A stretch of 51,658 bases of DNA from Octopus bimaculoides (GCF_001194135.2 NC_069004.1:16624842-16676499); one strand, 5' to 3'; positions 13,797 to 25,790 are shown, counted from the first letter of the stretch. Program-made: numbers and translations. Notes: generated from the letters alone by a model not told the origin.

Positions 13797-16232
13797 GATA
13801 GGAACATGCGCACACACACACACTGCTTTATATATATTGATAATAAACCCTAACTACTCATTGGTTTTCTCCCTGTTATGAGGGGTTAACTGTAAGGAGG
13901 TAGAAGTACAATTAATTGAGTTCATTTATCTTTCTAGAATGTTAGTCAACAGTGTTAACATTGATATTAAAATGTTTTGTGGAGCAAATATTGAAATTAT
14001 AATTCTTTGACATTTAGACACCTCAACAATAATATAATTTAATACAGTAACCTGAAGGTCACTAAAGGTGAGATATTTTGTTAAATGTGTGTTTAACTTT
14101 CTAGCATTCTAAATCAGCTAGATGTTGCCCACATATTCTATTTACCTGTTTTATGTTCAAAGCAGCTAGAATTGTCCTTTCACAAAGAAGTTTTACAGTT
14201 ATTTCTATTTCCTTATGTGACTTTCAGTTGAATTTCATTTCAATTTCAGCCAATGGTGACAGTAGTAAAGCTGATGCACTATTCCGAGCTCAGTTGCTGA
14301 GTGGAACTAACAACAATCGAGGAGGCAGCCAGTCTCCAGTTAAAGGTGTTCTACCCCAATCTCCAAATATGAGTGGTAATATTGTCAATGTTATACAAGG
14401 TGAACATAGGGTGAGTGGAGTTTCACATATCAATAGCTGTTGGGTGCTTGTAGATTTCTCAACAGTATTGTTAGTAACATATTAAATTTCTTTTTACGTA
14501 TTTAATTTCTATTTACCGCATTTTTATAAATAAAACGTATTTTGATATTATATCTATACTATAGTTCAGTCATTATCAGTTATTCCTGGTCAACTATCTA
14601 GGACCAAACTGTATTATTACAACTGGGGTTGCCTAAGAATATCCTGCTGCACACACAACATTTGAACTAAATTAAAATATAGCACAGATTCATTGTTTAA
14701 GTTGAACCTATGAAAGAATGGCTAGAAAACGAGAACTGCACCAATAACATCATACGCAATTACAGCAGATGTAATAAAGAAGAAACTGGGTCATCTTTTA
14801 AACCTCAAAATAGAAAATAAAGCTTTAATAGAGAAACATCTAAGTTTGGAATGAAATATCCATTGCACAGTATCTTAAGCAGTGTCTTCTACTCTAGGTC
14901 CAGACTGATTAGTGACTTGTGAGAGAATTTCATAGGTGGAAACTGAGTAGACCCGATTGCATGTAGGTGAGAGGGTGTTTATGTTTTTGTACAGCAAATA
15001 GAGACTAGAGGAATAAGTATTGAGGTTAATTTGATCAACTAAAGCTTTCAAGGTGGTGTCACAGCATGTCCACAGTCCAATAGTAGAAACAATAATGAAA
15101 AATATAAAAATGATACAGATTGCTGGAAAACCACTGTGCCTAACTAAATATGACTGCTTTTATTGGAAAATAAATTAAAATAACATAAAAATATATCAAT
15201 GAATACATGTGTGTTAATGGACAAGTGTTAATATCCTTATATTTAGAAATATAGATTCAAAGTTCAAATTGAATCAAGTACTATATACACATCCAGGAAT
15301 AAAACACCTGATAATCAGAGAGGAAAACAATGAAAATGTAAACATTAGAATGTTTTTCATTTCGACAACAGCGTTATTTTTTTAAAATAAATCTGGTAGG
15401 TATCTTTAGTGTTTTGCTTTGTGTTGCTGTATAATAAACGTTGCACATTCCATTCCGTAGTGTTTGATGGTATAGAAAGCAGGCTGACAATACTGAGGCA
15501 GGGAGTGTTCCTGCAGAGTAAGTCTCAGTAGCAGGGTACAATGTTTATATTAAGAATGTACAGCATGTATTCCTTATTGAAAGATAATTGACTGTGATGA
15601 TACAGTAGTAATAGTAGTTACAAGGGGTTAGCTGTAAGGATGTGGGGGCACAATTAATTGAGTTCATTCATTTTTCTAGAACGTTAGTCAGTATTAGCAG
15701 GATTTGAATTCAGAGCATCATGATAAATGGCAGGCTCTCATTGATTTTGGTGTATCAGCATCCAGTTGTTTGACCAACTGGACAACCTAGTTATTGAATT
15801 TGTGTGAAAAATGGTTGAATATTCCAAAGTTAGTTTCCCATACAATCAGTGTGACAATGTTGCATTGTAGAATTATAAGTAGAGTTCCTTCAACAGGATT
15901 CTATATAGTTTCTGTCCATATTAATTTATTCACAGGGCTATGATAAATGCACTTACCCAGCATGCTACAAGGCAAACTTCTTAACCACTCAATCTTGCAT
16001 CCATAGCATCTATTTAAGGTGCTATAAAGCAAATAGTGTACATTTCGTATATAAACCCAATGCTTCTAGTGTAGTTTAAGAGATGGAATAAGTGGGATTC
16101 TGTATGTTTTGTCTTGAGTAATTATTCCTTACCTTGTTTCCTTATTACTTGCAGCCATGTGAAGATAGAAAAGCAGATTCAAAAGGAGGAGGAGGAAGTC
16201 TTCTGGAGCAGTTACTGTCAGATAAATGTTAA
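2397..16232 (+). CDS. NCOA: p160/SRC nuclear receptor coactivator (NCOA/taiman-like), 3' part; join(2397..2486,6344..6550,7630..7903,8426..8726,8908..9239,10904..11059,14250..14410,16155..16232)
   Basis: All eight exons have canonical AG/GT boundaries and matching phases (0,0,1,2,1,1,0), giving one open frame. From recall, the motifs PFPENLAELM..APNVTLQ|R, SQYVKQEIRNFCNAR and terminal SLLEQLLS resemble insect Taiman and the SRC-1a tail (SLLQQLLTE). The protein is S/P/Q-rich with polyQ tracts. The bHLH-PAS N-terminus lies outside the window. Confidence 0.82.
3651..4320 (-). mobile_element. Tc1/mariner maT (DD37D) transposon, 3' remnant
   Basis: KTKFPPTVMIFGCVSSEGDVM...WQQD..(37 aa after correcting one frameshift)..WPPNPPDCNSMDYFVWG. 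TIR-like end ta|cactgggtg..aaatttga at about 3650. Confidence 0.85.
4643..5894 (-). mobile_element. Near full-length decayed mariner (DD34D) element with TIRs and TA target duplications
   Basis: TIRs ttgggtcatcccataaa / tttataggatgacccta flanked by TA, about 1.25 kb. Transposase motifs MEHTRCILLSEFNKG (HTH region), GQWVPHKL and YSPDIAPS. The second and third catalytic Asp positions are replaced by H and Y, and there are frameshifts. Confidence 0.9.
6344..6550 (+). CDS. NCOA: NCOA exon RNQNLPEPMSPRYG...LDRGMHQ
   Basis: ttttcctatttcag acceptor, CAG|gtgaaa donor, 207 nt, phase 0/0. Confidence 0.85.
6940..7068 (+). repeat. Fragment of the abundant '...ccaacccatgccagcatgg...gatgatgat' SINE/LINE-tail repeat family
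   Basis: ggagggcatccagc...tcctgtcaaaccatccaacccatgc shared with many copies in the window. Confidence 0.7.
7630..7903 (+). CDS. NCOA: NCOA polyQ exon GNTQFSAVQRHR...QQQQ...RQLSLPP
   Basis: ccattacag acceptor, CAG|gtacag donor, phase 0/1, mixed CAA/CAG tract. Confidence 0.85.
8071..8170 (-). repeat. Same repeat family, 3' tail, reverse orientation
   Basis: catcatcatcgtttaacgtccgctttccatgctagcatgggttggacg. Confidence 0.8.
8426..8726 (+). CDS. NCOA: NCOA exon GRGSPRMPHSPF...EHTNLPTNTD
   Basis: gtttttcag acceptor, AG|gtgagc donor, phase 1/2. Confidence 0.85.
8908..9239 (+). CDS. NCOA: NCOA exon LKATTSA...SQYVKQEIRNFCNAR..polyQ/polyP..DLNDLLQ
   Basis: ttactttag acceptor, A|gtaagt donor, phase 2/1. 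Confidence 0.87.
10904..11059 (+). CDS. NCOA: NCOA exon IINSEMPQTNVSPA...ARFRATVG
   Basis: tcttattgcag acceptor, C|gtgagt donor, phase 1/1. Confidence 0.8.
11250..11520 (-). mobile_element. RTE-type LINE 3' fragment
   Basis: RCRGRPRGRWLNN...SDRSLWR resembles the RGRPxxRW..DRxxWR C-terminal signature of RTE LINEs. Confidence 0.6.
12458..13290 (-). mobile_element. Helitron 3' fragment (PIF1-like helicase C-terminus plus terminal hairpin and CTAG)
   Basis: RAILAPTNEMVDKLN, YPAEFLNPLKSTGMPPH, GAPIMLLRN..LCNG, FKRLQFPVKLSLSISLNKSQGQSL..FSHGQLY. The 3' end reads cctgggcaacactgggtcattcagCTAG|T on the - strand. Confidence 0.92.
14250..14410 (+). CDS. NCOA: NCOA exon PNGDSSKADALFRAQLL...VIQGEHR
   Basis: tttcaatttcag acceptor, AGG|gtgagt donor, phase 1/0. 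Confidence 0.8.
16155..16232 (+). CDS. NCOA: NCOA terminal coding exon PCEDRKADSKGGGGSLLEQLLSDKC*
   Basis: ttacttgcag acceptor, phase 0, LxxLL (LEQLL) just before TAA at 16230-16232. Confidence 0.85.
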   Translation, partial: PCEDRKADSKGGGGSLLEQLLSDKC

Positions 16233-17209
16233 CACAAATCAAATGTTTATATTAAAAGGAAAAAAATTATTCAAAAAAAATACCGAAAAAGACCAAAAAT
16301 TGAGGCCAGTGATTGTTAATGAACTAGTCTTTGCATTTCCTGCCTAGTGATTGTTGTCTGGACAACCCTGGGAGTTTGTCAGGCTGAAGAGAGATCTATT
16401 GACACCAGCTCTCCGCAGATGTCAGTTGCTCTAATAGTGATGTTAAAGCCAGCTCACTCCAACCACTCTCTCAAGAATGTGATGGGTTAAGTTTAGCCCT
16501 ATCTTAACTTGCCGACCAGAACGGTGAGACCAATGACACTGCCAACAGCAGCAAAGCTTTCCTGAACACAGCCAAGTTGATAGACTTGCTTCAGTCTAAT
16601 GACAACTTGAGAAAGCTTAAGACAGAAGAAATAAATATTAATAAGAAATATTGATAATAATATTAATAATAATTATAATAATATATTAATAATAATAATA
16701 ATATAAATAAAAAACAAAAAAATTGTTTATCCTTTTTCTGTTGAAACATTGAAAAAAAAATTCAAACACACCGCCATGTCGGATGATCACTTCACAATTT
16801 CAAATAAAAATTTTTAAAATATATAAATAAAATATGAAAGAATGAAAAAGAAAAAACTGGGGGTAAGTAAACCGATTGAGGCTGTGTACAGGGGGTTTGT
16901 TGGTTGTTGTATTGCAAAGTGCCTGCAGCTCAAGTCTACTCAGTGCCACTGCCCTCACCTTTTTATTATTTTGAGAATATGTAACCATGACAGTTTTCTC
17001 TCTGCCCCTCTCTTTCTCTACTCCTCTTTCTTCTTCTTCTTCAACCATAAATCTGTTACAATTTCTCATTGGAGAACAAAAACCTAACAAAGGTCTTCAT
17101 ACATGTACACACACATACACACATGTATATATGAATAAGACAGACAAATGAAGATTCCATAGTGGGGGGAGGAAGTGTGCACTGCCAGAAGGAAACAAAA
17201 ATAGGTGTG

Positions 17210-17230
17210 TGTCTATCTATCTATCTATCT

Positions 17231-17292
<62 letters not shown>

Positions 17293-17335
17293 TACATACA
17301 TTCACACATACATATATACACACACATACATATAC
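17210..17335. repeat. (CTAT)n(TA)n(CA)n microsatellite
   Basis: Direct inspection. Confidence 0.95.
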
Positions 17336-20300
17336 AGATTCTGAGGACTCTGCAGCTTCTCTCGGGTTTAATGCCATCAACACTTGTTTGGCAGAGATCA
17401 GTTTTTGTTTGTTAATGCGCCCCAACCCACTCACTCTCTTAAACCGCCACCCCCCTCTCTCTTTTGACCTCTACCCTCCACCCCAATGTTTTAAGTGATG
17501 TAAAATGTACAGAAAGTAACAAAAACTGTGACACTGCATTGATAATGAAAGTTAATTGTTAAAATAAATCTGTTTCACTGATCATGCCTGATTATACAAC
17601 AAAATTTCTATTAATCTGTTGTATAAAATTTCCATGTATGTAAGTAAATGTGTGAGTGTATTTGTGTGTGTGTATGTATGTGTGTGTTATATGTTTTTTA
17701 TATATACATATAAATACACACACACACACACACACACACACACCTGTTTTATTTGTTATATACTCACACTCACTAGTTAATATTCTTTAACCTGTTAAGG
17801 CACATTGTAAGGGAACATCTAGTTTCCTTGCTGCCTTCTCCACTGACCCATGGGAGGATCTGAGCTCAGTACTGCAGACTAACAAAACACTTTACATAGT
17901 GCTTCTGTTAGTCATCTTAGCAGTGCACTTGCCTCCACATGGAACTCATGAGTAGTCAGTTCAGTGTCACTTTGTCAAGTATACAGTTTTTCACTATTGA
18001 CAGGATACGTTCATCTACCTGCCATTCATTAAGTATAGTAGATTAACGAGTTGTCATGGTAAGCATGTATACAAATATACAGAGATGTGAATGTGTTTGT
18101 TGTAATATATATATATGTGTGTGTGCGTGTGTGTGTGTTTTAGAGTACAGATTGCTATGGTGTAACATCACTCAGTGTATGAATGGAAATGTGTGGGGCG
18201 GGGGTAACAACAATAATTATGATTCCAGCTGCCCTGGTAATAATATTCACGTTTTTGTTGTTATGTTTAATTTTCCTTTATTTTACTTCATTTTTTTTTA
18301 TGTCTCTTTAAACAATGGGAAAAGACTTTAACAACGAATTTTATTGATAAGACTCCCTCATAATGATGGTTCCCCCCCCTCTCTCTCTCTCTAACTTCCC
18401 CTTTTATCTGAAATATATTTATTGCCAAGACACACCACAACTCACATACAAACACACACACACACAGACACACACACACATGCCATGTACAGAATTGGTT
18501 CATAAGTTAAACACAGACAGATATATAAACTGCAGTTTGACTACATATATTTGTACAGAAAGTATTTAGCACAGTTATACTAAATTTTTATCAGGTCTCC
18601 TCCCCCCCCACACATACATACACATACAAACACTTCTCTATCTCTTTCTCTCCTTCTCTCCCTCTCTCTTAAATGTTCTATTAATCTTATTTCACCATGT
18701 TTCCTAATATCAAGATTTTTCAACAAAAGGAGAAAAAGAAATTAAAAATACTGAATTCACATTTTATGGAATTTTATCTGCAATTCTCGAATATTAAAAG
18801 AAAATTTTTTCAAAAACAAAAAAGGAAAACTCCTCCAGCCCCCTCCCCACAACAAACTAAACTTGAGCCCTATGTTCAGAAGACTCGATTTATATGTTGA
18901 AAAATCCTTCAAAAAATATATTTTGGAATTGTTCATGTACATACTAATGTTGCCTTTTTGTCTTAAAAGTGTCTATTTCTTGTGATTGTATAGTTTTGTC
19001 TTACTCCCAGCACCCTAACCAACTCCCACTCAGCAGTTGGCTGGGGGTGGTGGAGAGAGAAGAAAGCTCTCCCAAGCTTGTTATCAAAGTGATCATTATA
19101 ATAATTATGTAAAAAAAAAATTGTTTTTTTTCTTCTTTCTTTTCTATCTTTTTGTGCAATTTTTCTTCTCATTGGTCTTCTTTCCCATAACAATGCTGGT
19201 AACTTCTTTATCTGACACATCAACTCACAACTCTGCAAGAAAACAACTGGAGATTTATTTTGTTTCTCATCCATTTTTGAATCAATAGAATGTTCCTGAA
19301 AGATTTATTGGTGTAACACTGGAGTTTATTATTGAAAAATGAAATCAGACAAAGAAATCTAACTGAATTTAAAAGTGAAAAATAGCTTCAGCTTTGAGAT
19401 ATTCTGCTACATATATTGATTCTACTTTATTATCTGGATAGTTCACAGTTGAGCAAAGATCTTCATCGGTTTTGTTAATTCGTGACAATTCAGGCAAATA
19501 ACATCTTTCTCTCTCCCTGAAATCTCAACACATTCTACTAGTTCACTATTTTAATTACCATTTCCTCTTTTTCACATTAACTCATTTACTCTCAGACACA
19601 CTCCAGTCTCTGGCCCATGGGTATGTGTGCTCCCCCCACCCTGCTACTGAACTGGCTGATCTCACTGCATCCACTCAGGCACTCCCAACTCGTTTGTCTC
19701 TCTTCATCTCCAAAACTTGACCTTCTGAGTTTGGAAAATAAAGGTATCAGTCTCTCTGGTGTTGGAGAGCCTGGAAAGACCATGGGCCTCTTCTTCAAGA
19801 CCAACTGGAAATTTTCTTAACTCTCTTTGTTTCTTGCATTTTGTCTAACCCACTCTACTCTTTTCTTTCAATCAGTTTAGGTTTTGCAAAGGTAAAAGTC
19901 ATTTCAGTGTCATTCATCTTCCTTTGCTTAACTTCCCAGACCACCCAGACTCCAGTTGCCTTATCACCATACCATGGACCAACCAAAACAGATGTAACAT
20001 GTTTACAAACGTTTGCTTATTCTCAATCATTCAGCTGCAGCTCACCTTTCAAGAGACTAATCAAATTCAAAACAAACTGACACATCCACTTTGGTTCCTA
20101 GCAACCAGTCAGAATACTAAAAATTATTATCACCTAACAGTTGGGGCAGAAGGTGATCATTTTCTCCCCATGTCTTTTAGTCCTTGTTCAAGGTACTTTC
20201 ATCAACTCCACCTTCTCTAAAAAAAATATTTGGTTAAAAGTAGAAATAAATCTCAGTATATTATGGCAGCTTACATTTGGACTTTCATCTTTCTGTAGGC

Positions 20301-20547
20301 ATTGAACGCTAGTTACGACAAGGTAACCATCATTTTTACATCTGCTGTTTCCATGTTGGTATGCATTGGAGGAGACTTGTGGAGGCAGTATTCTTCAACT
20401 GGATACCTTTCCTGACACCAACCTTTGTTTTTCAAATAAGATACTTTATTTAATAACATCACAAACAGCCGCTTTTGGTTCTGTGAGGTATAAACTTATT
20501 TACCAAGAGCTGAAAACAGTGTCAGTGCAAAGATTCACATGCAGCAG

Positions 20548-20725
20548 CATCATTTAACGTCCGTTTTCCATGCTGGCATGGGTTAGACAGTTTGACGAGC
20601 TGGCAAGCCAGAGAGCTGCACCAAGTTCCATCGTCTGGTTTCTCCAACTGGATCTCCCTAACACCAACCACTTTACAGAGTGTAATACTGGGTGCTTATT
20701 ATGTGGCACACACTGGCGGAGTTGC
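20548..20725 (-). repeat. catcat-tailed repeat family copy
   Basis: catcatttaacgtccgttttccatgctggcatgggttagacagtttgac. Confidence 0.75.
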
Positions 20726-21094
20726 CTAGTAACAACTGGGCAAAAGAGTGGGACTGGGAAGTGGCTTAGTGCCAGGTGAGAGAGGGTTATTATATAGAGG
20801 GATAGATTGGTGTCTTACTGTAAGGATACTTGGCTTTTCCAGTAGGAAAAGAGAGAGAAATAGGTCTTTGAGATGTAGTAGGAGGGAGTATAAGTTGTAC
20901 AGAAGGAGAAGAGGTGACTATAAAAAATGATGGTGAGAGAAATTGGAATGGCTGGTGGAGGAGGGAGACCTACAGTGGATAGTGATCTGAGGTGGGAGGA
21001 GTTTTGACAGAAGACAGATTGTGTGTGTAAGAGTGGGGGTTATAGCCTGCCACTATTTTATTTAACTTTACATGTGTTTTCAAGCACAGCAAAT

Positions 21095-22000
21095 AAGTCT
21101 CAGTCCCTTGTCATTTCCCCTGTGAGGCTCAACATCTGAGGATTGTTTCTCACAACTTCCCAAGTCTTCCTGAATCTACTTCCCTCCACAATTATCACTT
21201 CCTTATGCAGCTGTCCTCATCCATATGCATCACATGACTATACCAGTGAAGTTCTCTCATGTACACTACATCTGATGCCCCATATACCCAATTTTTCTTT
21301 TAAAACATGCTCTATTATACATGCACATCCATTCTCAATCATTCAGCTGCAGCTCACCTTTCAAGAGACTAATCAAATACGAAACAAACTGAGACATCCA
21401 CTTTGGTTCCTAGCAACCATTCAGAATACTGACACATCCTTCATTTCTTTCAAACTTTTGCATGTCCTCAGTAATCATAGCCCATATTTCACTGCTATAT
21501 AGCATAGCTGTCCAAACACAGGCAAGGTTTTTTCTTTTCTTTTTTTTTTCTTTTTTTTTAACCAACATGTAGCTTTCTGAACTTTGCCTAGCATGTTCTT
21601 ATTCCAGCAACTATGCTTTCAGAGCATTCTCTTCCACTGCTAACTTGGTCACCTAGGTAACGAAAGCTATCTACTATTTCTAAGGATCCTCCACAGACAT
21701 TTGAGGAAGTCTATTTCCTATACATTCTTAGTGTTTATTGTACCTGCACACCTTCCACACACAAAGATTACTTTCTCTGTTAACCTTCCCATGATACCAC
21801 TGTACTGCTTATGTGTCCATAGCTTACACTGGCTACACCATATAGAATTTCTACCTACATCTTTTTCTCAATATCAGGCTGGGTTATCTGCCTGAAGGGA
21901 TTAGTAATTTGTCTGTTTTCCTGTTTATTAGGCGTTTGGTCTTTGCTAAATTAACTCTAAGGCCCTTTGATTCCAGATCTTCCACAGCCTTTTTTCCATC
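21095..22000 (-). mobile_element. Decayed RTE-clade LINE 3' half
   Basis: Antisense similarity to the + strand RTE copy at 38-39.5 kb (aaggccctttgattccagatc, zinc-knuckle region, gctatatagcagtgaaatatggg). Confidence 0.7.
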
Positions 22001-22279
22001 AGTTTTCACATGCTGAAACTGACAAACTATGAGGTATATTCTTTACCACAGATGTACTACATAGACATGAAACAACATTCACTTACACACATTTGTACAT
22101 AAATATGTGTGTGTATAGAGACAGCCAGACATACATAACACAAGAAGCATCAGTACAGTTTCTATTATCATTTTACATCTACCTTTAGTGTCTTAGTATT
22201 GCATGGTTTCTACTGCTAGCTGCCTCTTCTAGTACCAAGTACTAAAGAGAAACTCCCTCCCCTATGGTAGCTTTTTGTG

Positions 22280-22293
22280 GGTGTGTATGTATG

Positions 22294-22373
<80 letters not shown>

Positions 22374-22381
22374 CTCTCTCT
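22280..22381. repeat. (TA)n(CA)n(CT)n microsatellite
   Basis: Direct inspection. Confidence 0.95.
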
Positions 22382-22469
22382 ATGGTTTAATGGCTCTACT
22401 AATCCACCATATTGATGATTAATAATTTCTAAGCGAGTCATAAGACTAGAAATTTGGTGAGGAATGAAG

Positions 22470-22620
22470 CAGTGAATTATATTGATCCCAGTACTTGACT
22501 GGTACTTTGTTTTAGTAGTCTGAGGATGAAAGACGAAGTTGAACTCAGAATATACGTTTGGATGAAATGCTGGTAAGCATTTTGCCTGGTGTGCTAATGA
22601 TTCTGCCAGCTCACCACTTG
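22470..22620 (-). mobile_element. tRNA-derived SINE (same family as 827-1046)
   Basis: ggtggtgagctggcagaatcattagcac...ttctgagttcaacttcgtctttcatcc on the - strand. Confidence 0.7.
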
Positions 22621-23544
22621 TACTCAGTATTTTAAGTAATACATATAGCTGTGATTTCATTCATTGTCACAGAAGTGGTAGAGTGATTGAACCAATTCTA
22701 ATACATGAATGGTACATATAACTGGATGTCAGGAAGCATTATTCTTCAACTGAACTTACAGTGTTCTACATAGGCTTAATGTAATCCTCAGATGGAATCA
22801 AGAGTGATATATAGTGTATGACAAAGCTGAACTTTTCAATTACAGCTACAATCCATCCAATGACCTACACATTTTCTCTTTGTCCAATTTCACTCAGAAA
22901 GCTTGAGTCAACCTGACCCTATAATTGCTCAAGCTACCCTACTATGTTTGTGAAGCAGTCTCAACCATTTGTCCATACTACACCTACATAACTAGGTGTG
23001 ACTAGTGTAGTGGATTTACAAGATAGCTAGAACAGGAAACAAATGCTTTGGTGTTTCTCCCACCTCTTTCCAATCTGCATTCAGATCACATTGTATTCAA
23101 CTTGGCCTTTTATCCTTCTAGGATCAACACAATTAAGTACCAGTCAAATACTGAAATCAGTAATTAAACTGAAATTAGTTTTGTGACTGTTAGACATTGT
23201 TATCAACCATGAAAGAATGAACGGAAAAATCTCCAGTAAAATTTAAACTTGAAACTAAGGCATTAAATTACATGTCACATATCTTTGATATTCTGCTGAT
23301 TTAGTTATCTTCACCACAGTTTTTATAGTTTAAACAGACAAAGTGCTACTAAATTGTTTGTGTCAACCTACCTGAGACGACATTTCATTTTGTGATATAG
23401 AATGAGACCAGCTGGTCCAAAAAGCTTGTATTTAGAAATTTAACCATCATAATATATGTAAGGATATTTATGTTTCAGATCACAAAAAATATAAGTCGAA
23501 GCAGTTTGTTAGCCTTTTGTGGTTTTATAATTATTTATATATTT

Positions 23545-24037
23545 CCGCTTGTGAAGACCTGTTGAGGCAAGTGAAATCGAACTAATTTAGACGGCTAGCA
23601 CCCATGCCAACGTTGTCTCCTTCATTGGACACAGAAACTCGGCTTGTGAAGACCTGTTGAGGCAAGCGAAATCGTGATGGCACGTGTAAAGACATTTGAG
23701 TGAGATCGTTGCCAGTGCCACTGGACTGGCTCCTGTGCAGGTGGCATGTAAAAGACACAATTTCGAGCATGGCCGTTGCCAGTACCGCCTGGCTGGCCTT
23801 CATGCCGGTGGCACATAAAAGCACCCACTACACTCTCGGAGTGGTTGGCATCCAGCTGTAGAAACTCTGCCAAATCGGATTGGAGCCTGGTGTAGCCACC
23901 NNNNNNNNNNATCCAGCTGTAGAAACTCTGCCAAATCGGATTGGAGCCTGGTGTAGCCACCTGGTTCACCAGTCCTCGGTCATATCGTCCAACCCATGCT
24001 AGCATGGAAAGCGGACGTTAAACGATGATGATGATGA
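23545..24037 (+). repeat. Relatively young copy of the catcat-tailed SINE/LINE-tail family, interrupted by a 10-N gap
   Basis: Internal tandem unit gcttgtgaagacctgttgaggcaag and tail ccaacccatgctagcatggaaagcggacgttaaacgatgatgatgatg. Confidence 0.8.
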
Positions 24038-24630
24038 CAGCTTGATAATGAAAAATCTGTTACTAAATATATCCAAATTCTTTAAAAATATAGTTGCAAA
24101 AGGGTTAAACTATTGTAACAAGAACATTGGTGTGGGTGCTGATACCATGTGAAAAGCACCTAGTACTCTGTGAAGTGGTTAGTGTTAGGGAGGGCATCCA
24201 GCTATTGAAACCAGCCAAAACATAATGGAACCTGGTGCAATCCCTGGCCTTTCCAGTTACTGTCAAGCCATCCAACCCATGCCAGCATGGAAAATGAATT
24301 ATAGATGTTGTCTTCCCTTTACCATTCATTTTTTTTTTTTGTAGTTGCATGATTAGCAGTTAAAAAACAATGGTGTCCAACTGTAAAAAAAAAAAATCCT
24401 TGTATGTTAAAGTTTACCACCTCATTTTCATTGCTCTTCTCTCATTGTATGAATGTATCTGTGTTGGCACAGCATTTGGCAATTTATTGCAGTTCTTTGT
24501 CATTTCCTTCAGGTTCATTCCTGTAACAGCACAGTATCCCTTACTCACCATGACTGATCCTAACTTTAAAATGTATATTAACTGTACAACTCCTGCCAGA
24601 AAAACATCGGCGAGCATCCTAACATCTTAA

Positions 24631-25135
24631 AGAGACTGGCAGCTACTGGTGGATCTTTAGCATCAACTGAAGTTCCTTGGCCACATTGTGGTCTCCACCC
24701 AGCAACCAGATATTGTCCTCGTGTCTAAGTCCACCAAGCAAGTGGTGCTGCTGGGGCTGACTGTCCCTTGGGAATATTGCCTGGAAGAAGCTTTTGAGAG
24801 AAAGCTCTCCAACTACGTAATCTGGTTGTAGAGTGAGATGTCTCCCAGTGGAGGTTGGATGTAGGGGTTTCGCAGCCCATTCCCTGACCAGAGCCTTCAG
24901 CAGTTTGGTCATTGAGGGAGTGAGGAGGAGGTCATCTGCAGTACCACTGATGCGACAGAGAGGGCTTCAAGATGGCTGTGGATTAAAAGAGGATAGCCAT
25001 GGGGTAGCTAGTAGGCCATCTGGACACAAGCTGGGGTCTGATCAGCCCCAGCTGGGTCATCTAGAGGAGGGTGTATGATGTTGAAACACTTGATGACACC
25101 AGGCACATCACTGACGATGTGTCCAGATGCATCAG
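24631..25135 (+). mobile_element. HERO-like non-LTR retrotransposon 3' fragment (restriction-like endonuclease)
   Basis: RDWQLLVDL*HQLKFLGHIVVSTQQPDIVLVSKSTKQVVLLGLTVPWEYCLEEAFERKLSNY...PVEVGCRGF, i.e. a PD-(D/E)xK REL domain, followed by a 3' UTR containing acatcactgacgatgtgtcc. Confidence 0.8.
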
Positions 25136-25484
25136 TCATTGATGTATGCACACAATTTCAAAGCACATTCAACAGAATTTATTCTTTTGCTGGATTGTCA
25201 TTCTAACCTGACCATGCTGGAGCACCATATACAAAGGTCTTTATTCAAGACTATCAACCGCTGTACTTACTACAGTCTAATACTTATTTCATTTAGTTGA
25301 CTTTATTGAGTGGCTAAGTTGCATTTTTTAGCTTAGCAGGAATGCACCAGTACAGATACAGTATTTATATATATATACACATTACATAAATCTTGATTGA
25401 CCAGAAGCAACAATTTACAGGATTCAGTACAAGTGGATCTTTTAATGCATTATAACTGAAAGAAGTAAAAAAGGTGCATGGCTT

Positions 25485-25790
25485 AATAGTTAAGGTGTTC
25501 GGATCACTATAGTAAGATTATGAGTTTAATTCCTGGTGGTGGTGTATGTCCTTGAGCAAGACACTTTATTTCATGTTTCTCCAGTCCACTCAGCTGGCAA
25601 AAATTAGCTGTACATGTAGTTCAAAGGACCCACCTTGTCACACTGAATCTCCCTGAAAATTACATTAAGGGCACACGTCTGGAATGCTCAGCCACTTGCA
25701 TTTTAACTTCATAAGCAGGATGTTTCCTTGGTCAGATCAACTGGAACACTCATAACCAACAGAACACCAGTTATAACTGGAAGGAACCTA
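25485..25790 (+). mobile_element. tRNA-derived SINE (ccttgagcaagacactttatttc..ctccagtccactcagctgg family)
   Basis: tRNA-like head ggcttaatagttaagg..gagtttaattcctgg. Body shared with 27105-27385 and 46505-46640. Confidence 0.65.

Noticed and set aside
13880-15690. About 70-bp similarity between 13880-13950 and 15622-15692
   Set aside because: Diverged, and most simply two copies of a dispersed repeat.
2397-16232. Alternative call as Mastermind-like
   Set aside because: PolyQ fits either, but the terminal SLLEQLLS LxxLL and the VKQEIR..AR and PNVTLQR motifs fit p160/Taiman better.
17162-17434. YIYIYI/ISIS-type ORFs (also 1193-1576, 22262-22660, 37333-37638)
   Set aside because: Translations of microsatellites or N gaps.
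23850-23961. Exact 51-bp direct repeat on both sides of a 10-N gap
   Set aside because: Typical contig-overlap assembly artefact, not a biological duplication.
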